Assembly: GCF_963921235.1 (NCBI RefSeq)
Contig: NC_086128.1
Span: forward strand, 26,474,001 to 26,538,000
DNA from: Mobula hypostoma
Lineage: Eukaryota
Reading direction: 5' to 3'
Length of the DNA: 64,000 nucleotides
This document shows positions 57,601-64,000 of the stretch, piece after piece. The notes under the pieces were generated by a model. The model did no database searches. It was not told where the DNA came from and saw only the letters and a list, made by a program, of their open reading frames with translations. The translations under genes were made by a program, and so were the position numbers. Every line of letters begins with the position of its first letter. Position 1 is the first letter of the stretch.

Positions 57601-60600
57601 GCACCGTGCAAAGTTCCCGTTTCTCTATCCCTGGGTCAGACCCACAATTGGAGCGACGTACACAATTCTCAACTCCCAATCCCTGTGCCAGACCTACACC
57701 GAGAACACCTTGCACAGTTCCCATCTCCCTATCCCTGGGTCAGACTCACACCGGGAGCACCGTTCACAGTTCCCGTCCCCCTATCCCTGGGTCAGACCCA
57801 CACCGGGAGCACCGTGCACAGTTCCCAACTCCCTCTCCCTGGGCCAGACCCAAACCGGGAGCACCGTGCACAGGTACCGTCTCCCTATCCCTGGGTCAGA
57901 CCCACAATGGGAGCAACGTACACAGTTCTCAACTCCCTATCCCTGTGCCAGATCTACACCGAGAGCACCTTGCACAGTTCCCATCTCCCTATCCCTGGGT
58001 CACACTCACACCGGGAGCACCGTTCACAGTTCCCGTCCCCCTATCCCTGGGACAGACTCACACCGGGAGTACCGTTCACAGTTCCCGTCCCCCTATCCCT
58101 GGGTCAGACCCAAACTGGGAGCACCGTGCACAGTTCCCACCTCCCTATCCCTGGGTCAGACCCAGACCATGAGCACCGTGCACAATTCCAGTCTCCCTAT
58201 CCCTGGGTCAGACCCACACCAGGAGCACCGTGCACAGTTCCCATCTCCCTATCCCTGGGTCAGACCCACACCGGGAGCACCGTGCACAGTTCCCGTCTCC
58301 CAATCCCTTGTCCAGACCCACACCGGGAGCACCGTGCACAGTTCCCGTCTCCCTATCCCTGGGTCCGACCCACAATGGGAGAAACGTACACAGTTCTCAA
58401 CTCCCTATCCCTGTGCCAGATCTACACCGAGAGCACCTTGCACAGTTCCCATCTCCCTATCCCTGGGTCACACTCATACCGGGAGCACCGTTCACAGTTC
58501 CCGTCCCCCTATCCCTGGGACAGACTCACACCGGGAGTACCGTTCACAGATCCCGTCCCCCTATCCCTGGGTCAGACCCAAACTGGGAGCACCGTGCACA
58601 GTTCCCACCTCCCTATCCCTGCGTCAGACCCAGACCATGAGCACCGTGCACAATTCCAGTCTCCCTATCCCTGGGTCAGACCCACACCGGGAGCACCGTG
58701 CACAGGTACCATCTCCCTCTCCCTGTGTCAGACCCACACCAGGAGTACCGTGCACAGTTCCCATCTCCCAATCCCTGGATCAGACCCACACCGGGAGCAC
58801 GGTGCACAGTTCCCGTCTCCCAATCCCTTGTCCAGACCCACACTGGGAGCACCGTGCACAGTTCCCACCTCCCTATCCCTGGGCCAGACCCATACCAGGA
58901 GCACCGTGCACAGTTCCTGTCTCCCTATCCCTGGGTCAGACCCACAACGGGAGCACCGTGCACAGTTCTCAACTCCCTATCCCTGGGTCAGACCCACACC
59001 TGGAGCACCGTGCACAGTTCCCACCTCCCTATCCCTGGGTCAGACCCACACGGGGAGCATCGTGCACAGTTCACATCTCCCTATCCCTGGGTCAGACCCA
59101 AACCGGGAGCGCCGCGCACAGTTCCCATCTCCCTTGCCTTGGGTCAGACCCACACCTGGAGCACCGTGCACAGTTCCCATTTCCCAGTCCCTGGGCCAGA
59201 CCCAAACCGGGAGCACCGTGCATCGGTATCGTCTCCCTATCCCTGGGTCAGACCCACACCAGGAGCACCGTGCACAGTTCCCATCTCCCAATCCCTGGGT
59301 CAGACCCACTCCAGGAGCACCGTGCACAGTTCCCGTCTCCCTATCCCTGGCTCAGACCCACTCCGGGAGCACCGTGCACAGTTCTCAACTCCCTATCCCT
59401 GGGCCAGACCCATACCGGGGGCACCGTGCACAGTTCCCACCTCCCTATCCCTGGGTCACACCCACACCGGGAGCACCGTGCACAGTTCCCGTCTCCCAAT
59501 CCCTTGTCCAGACCCACACTGGGAGCACCGTGCAAAGTTCCCGTTTCTCTATCCCTGGGTCAGACCCACAATTGGAGCGACGTACGCAATTCTCAACTCC
59601 CAATCCCTGTGCCAGACCTACACCGAGAACACCTTGCACAGTTCCCATCTCCCTATCCCTGGGTCACACTCACACCGGGAGCACCGTTCACAGTTCCCGT
59701 CCCCCTATCCCTGGGTCAGACCCAAACCGGGAGCACCGTGCACAGTTCCCAACTCCCTCTCCCTGGGCCAGACCCAAACCGGGAGCACCGTGCACAGGTA
59801 CCGTCTCCCTATCCCTGGGTCAGACCCACAATGGGAGCAACGTACACAGTTCTCAACTCCCTATCACTGTGCCAGATCTACACCGAGAGCACCTTGCACA
59901 GTTCCCATCTCCCTATCCCTGGGTCACACTCACACCGGGAGCACCGTTCACAGTTCCCGTCCCCCTATCCCTGGGACAGACTCACACCGGGAGTACCGTT
60001 CACAATTCCCGTCCCCCTATCCCTGGGTCAGACCCAAACTGGGAGCACCATGCACAGTTCCCATCTCCCTATCCCTGGGTCAGACCCACACCAGGAGCAC
60101 CGTGCACAGTTCTCAACTCCCTATCCCTGGGCCAGACCCACACCGGGAGCACCGTGCACAGTTCCCGTCTCCCTATCCCTGGGTCAGACCCACACCGGGA
60201 GTACCGTGCACAGTTCCCATCTCCCTATCCCTGGGTCAGACCCACACCGGGAGCACCGTGCACAGTTCCCATCTCCCTATCCCAGGGTCAGACCCAGACC
60301 TTGAGCACCATGCACAGTTCAAATCTCCCTATCCCTGGGTCAGACCCACAATGGGAGCAACGTACACAGTTCTCAACTCCCTATCCCTGGGCCAGACCTA
60401 CACCGAGAGCACCGTGCTCAGCTCCAGTCTCCCTATCCCTGGGTCAGACCCACAACGGGAGTACCGTGCACAGTTCCCATCTCCCTATCCCTGGGTCAGA
60501 CCCACACCGGGAGCACCGTGCACAGTTCCCATCTCCCTATACTTAGGTGAGAGCCACAGTAGGATCACCATGCACAGTTCCCATCTCCCTATCCCTGGGT

Positions 60601-63600
60601 CAGATCCACACCGGGAGCACCGTGCATAGTTCCCAACTCCCTCTCCCTGGGCCAGACCCAAACCGGGAGCACCGTGCACAGGTACCGTCTCCCTATCCCT
60701 GGGTCAGACCCACAATGGGAGCAACGTACACAGTTCTCAACTCCCTATCACTGTGCCAGATCTACACCGAGAGCACCTTGCACAGTTCCCATCTCCCTAT
60801 CCCTGGGTCACACTCACACCGGGAGCACCGTTCACAGTTCCCGTCCCCCTATCCCTGGGACAGACTCACACCGGGAGTACCGTTCACAATTCCCGTCCCC
60901 CTATCCCTGGGTCAGACCCAAACTGGGAGCACCATGCACAGTTCCCACCTCCCTATCCTTGGGTCAGACCCAGACCATGAGCACCGTACACAATTCCAGT
61001 GTCCCTATCCCTGGGTCAGACCCACACCGGGAGCACCGTGCACAGGTTCCCCCTCCCTCTCCCTGTGTCAGACCCACACCAAGAGTACCGTGCACAGTTC
61101 CCATCTCCCTATCCCTGGGTCAGACCCACACCGGGAGCACCGTGCACAGTTTCCGTCTCCCAATCCCTTGTCCAGACCCACACTGGGAGCACGGTGCACA
61201 GTTCCCACCTCCCTATCCCTGGGTCAGACACAGACTATGAGCACCGTGCACAGTTCCAGTCTCCCTATCCCTGGGTCAGACCCACACTGGGAGCACGGTG
61301 CACAGTTCCCACCTCCCTATCCCTGGGTCAGACCCAGATCATGAGCACCGTACACAATTCCAGTCTCCCTATCCCTGGGTCAGACCCACACAGGGAGCAC
61401 CGTTCACAGGTACCGTCTCCCTCTCCCTGTGTCAGACCCACACCAGGAGCACCGTGCACAGTTCCCATCTCTCAATCCCTGGGTCAGAACCACTCCAGGA
61501 GCACCGTGCACAGTTCCCGTCTCACTCTCCCTGGGTCAGACCCACACCGGGAACAGCGTGCACAGTTCCCGTCTCCCTATCCCTGGGTCAGACCCACAGC
61601 GGGAGCACCGTGCACAGTTCCCATCTCCCAATCCCTGGGTCAGACCCACACCGGGAGCACCGTGCACAGTTCCCACCTCCCTATCCCTGAGTCAGACCCA
61701 CACCGGGAGCATCGTGCACAGTTCACATCTCCCAATTCCTTGTCCAGACCCACACCGGGTGCACCGTGCACAGTTCCCACCTCCCTATCCCTGGGTCAGA
61801 CCCAAACCGTGAGCACCGTGCTCAGCTCCTGTCTCTCTATCCCTGGGTCAGACCCACAATGGGAGCAACGTACACAGTTCTCAACTCCCTATCCCTGGGC
61901 CAGACCCACTCCGGGAGCACCGTGCACAGTTCACGTCTGCCTATCCCTGGGTCAGACCCACACCGGGAGCACCGTGCACAGTTCCCATCTCCCAAATCCT
62001 GGTCCAGACCTACACCGGGAGAACCGTGCACAGTTCCCGTCTCCCTATCCCTGGGTCACACTGACACCAGGATCACCATTCACAGTTCCCGTCTCCCTAT
62101 CCCTGGGTCAGACTCACAACGGGAGCACCGTGCACAGTTCCCATCTCCCAATCCCTGGGTCAGACCCACACCGGGAGCACCGTGCACAGTTCCCACCTCC
62201 CTATCCCTGGGTCAGACCCAAACCGTGAGCACCGTGCTCAGCTCCTGTCTCTCTATCCCTGGGTCAGACCCACAATGGGAGCAACGTACACAGTTCTCAA
62301 CTCCCTATCCCTGGGCCAGACCCACACCGGGAGCACCGTGCACAGTTCACGTCTCCCTATCCCTGGGTCAGACCCACACCAGGAACACCGTGCACAGTTC
62401 CCATCTCCCTATCCCTGGGTCAGACCCACACCGGGAGCACCGTGCACAGTTCCCATCTCCCAATTCCTGGTCCAGACCCACACCGGGAGCACCGTGCACA
62501 GTTCCCGTCTCCCTATCCCTGGGTCAGACCCACACCGGGAGCACCGTGCACAGTTCCCGTCTCCCTATCCCTGGGTCAGACTCACACCGGGAGCACCGTG
62601 CACAGTTTCCGTCTCACTATCCCTCGGTCAGACCCACACTGGGAACACCGTGCACAGTTCCCATCTCCCTATCTTTCGGTCAGACTCACACCGGGAGTAC
62701 CGTGCACAGTTCCCGTCTCCCTATCCCTGGGTCAGACTCACACCGGGAGCACCGTGCACAGTTCCCATCTCCCTGTCCCTGGGTCAGACCCAGACCGTGA
62801 GCACCCTGCACAGTTCCCATCTCCCTATCCCTGGGTCAGACCCACACCGGGAGCACCGTGCACAGTTCCCATCTCCCTATCCCTGGGTCAGACCCAGACC
62901 ATGAGCACCGTGCACAATTCCAGTCTCCCTATCCCTGGGTCAGACGCACACCAGGAGCACCGTGCACAGTTCCCATCTCCCTATCCCTGGGTCAGACCCA
63001 CACCGGGAGCACCGTGCACAGTTCCCGTCTCCCTATCCCTGGGTCAGACCCACACCGGGAGCACCGTGCACAGTTCCCATCTCCCTATCCCTGGGTCAGA
63101 CCCACACCGGGAGCACCGTGCACAGTTCCCATCTCCCTATCCCTGGGTCAGACCCACACCGGGAGCACCGTGCACAGTTCCCATCTCCCTATCCCTGGGT
63201 CAGACCCACACCGGGAGCACCGTGCACAGTTCCCATCTCCCAATCCCTTGTCCAGACCCACACTGGGAGCACCGTGCACAGTTCCCACCTCCCTATCCCT
63301 GGGTCAGACCCACACCGGGAGCACCGTGCACAGTTCCCGTCTCTCTATCCCTGGGTCAGACCCACAATTGGAGCAACGTACACAGTTCTCAACTCCCTAT
63401 CCCTGGGCCAGACCCACACCGGGAGCACCGTGCACAGTTCCCGTCTCCCTATCCCTGGGTCAGACCCACACCAGGAGCACCGTGCACAGTTCCCATCTCC
63501 CAATCCCTGTGTCAGAACCACACCGGGAGCACCGTGCACTGTTCCCATCTCCCAATCCCTGGTCCAGACCCACACCGGGAGCACCGTGCACAGTTCCCGT

Positions 63601-64000
63601 CTCCCTATCCCTGGGTCACACCCACACAGGGATCACCGTTCACAGTTCCCGTCTCCCTGTCCCTGGGTCAGACTCACACCGGGAGTACCGTGCACAGTTC
63701 CCGTCTCCCTATCCCTGGGTCAGACCCACACCGGGAGCACCGTGCACAGTTCCCATCTCCCTATCCCTGGGTCAGACCCACACCGGGAGCACCGTGCACA
63801 GTTCCCGTCTCCCTATCCCTGGGTCAGACCCACACCGGGAGCACCGTGCACAGTTCCCATCTCCCTATCCCTGGGTCAGACCCACACCGGGAGCACCGTG
63901 CACAGTTCCCATCTCCCTATCCCTGGGTCAGACCCACACCGGGAGCACCGTGCACAGTTCCCATCTCCCTATCCCTGGGTCAGACCCACACCGGGAGCAC
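45695..64000. repeat. Satellite B, 52-bp unit gggtcagacccacaccgggagcaccgtgcacagttcccatctccctatccct, about 350 copies, with higher-order structure
   Basis: Directly visible tandem array that runs off the window end. Confidence 0.98.

Noticed and set aside
45776-62904. Giant plus-strand ORFs up to 1436 aa (HRAQFPSPYPWVRPTPGAPCTVP...)
   Set aside because: The 52-bp consensus has no stop in any plus frame, so all three frames stay open with the same cyclic peptide. This is a satellite artefact, not a gene.
42755-64000. CRISPR-like regular repeats
   Set aside because: No unique spacers and no cas genes; a eukaryotic tandem satellite.

Overview
Vertebrate genomic DNA, most likely a cartilaginous fish (inferred from the CR1, Rex/Babar and SINE repeat content). 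It contains one 200-N scaffold gap at 45495-45694. Four spliced genes can be reconstructed by hand: the 5' part of ATF7 (-), complete CBX5/HP1-alpha (-, 189 aa), complete HNRNPA1 (+, 364 aa with exon 7B, head-to-head with CBX5), and the large last exon of a divergent NFE2 (-). Order and orientation match the human HOXC-flanking block. However, the ATF7-CBX5 interval, which in human holds ATP5MC2, CALCOCO1, the whole HOXC cluster and SMUG1, is here only about 8-9 kb of retroelement debris. This looks like the deletion scar of the HoxC cluster. Other notable items are a small ERV-like element with a tRNA-Leu PBS, a PPT and a 4-bp TSD whose two LTRs are inverted; a non-autonomous Helitron with 23-aa STPR-like repeats; and a fully palindromic hAT MITE. 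The last 21 kb consist of two related 52-bp satellites, one with a 37-mer higher-order repeat, starting about 55 bp from the NFE2 splice acceptor. The very long ORFs in 45.7-63 kb are satellite artefacts.
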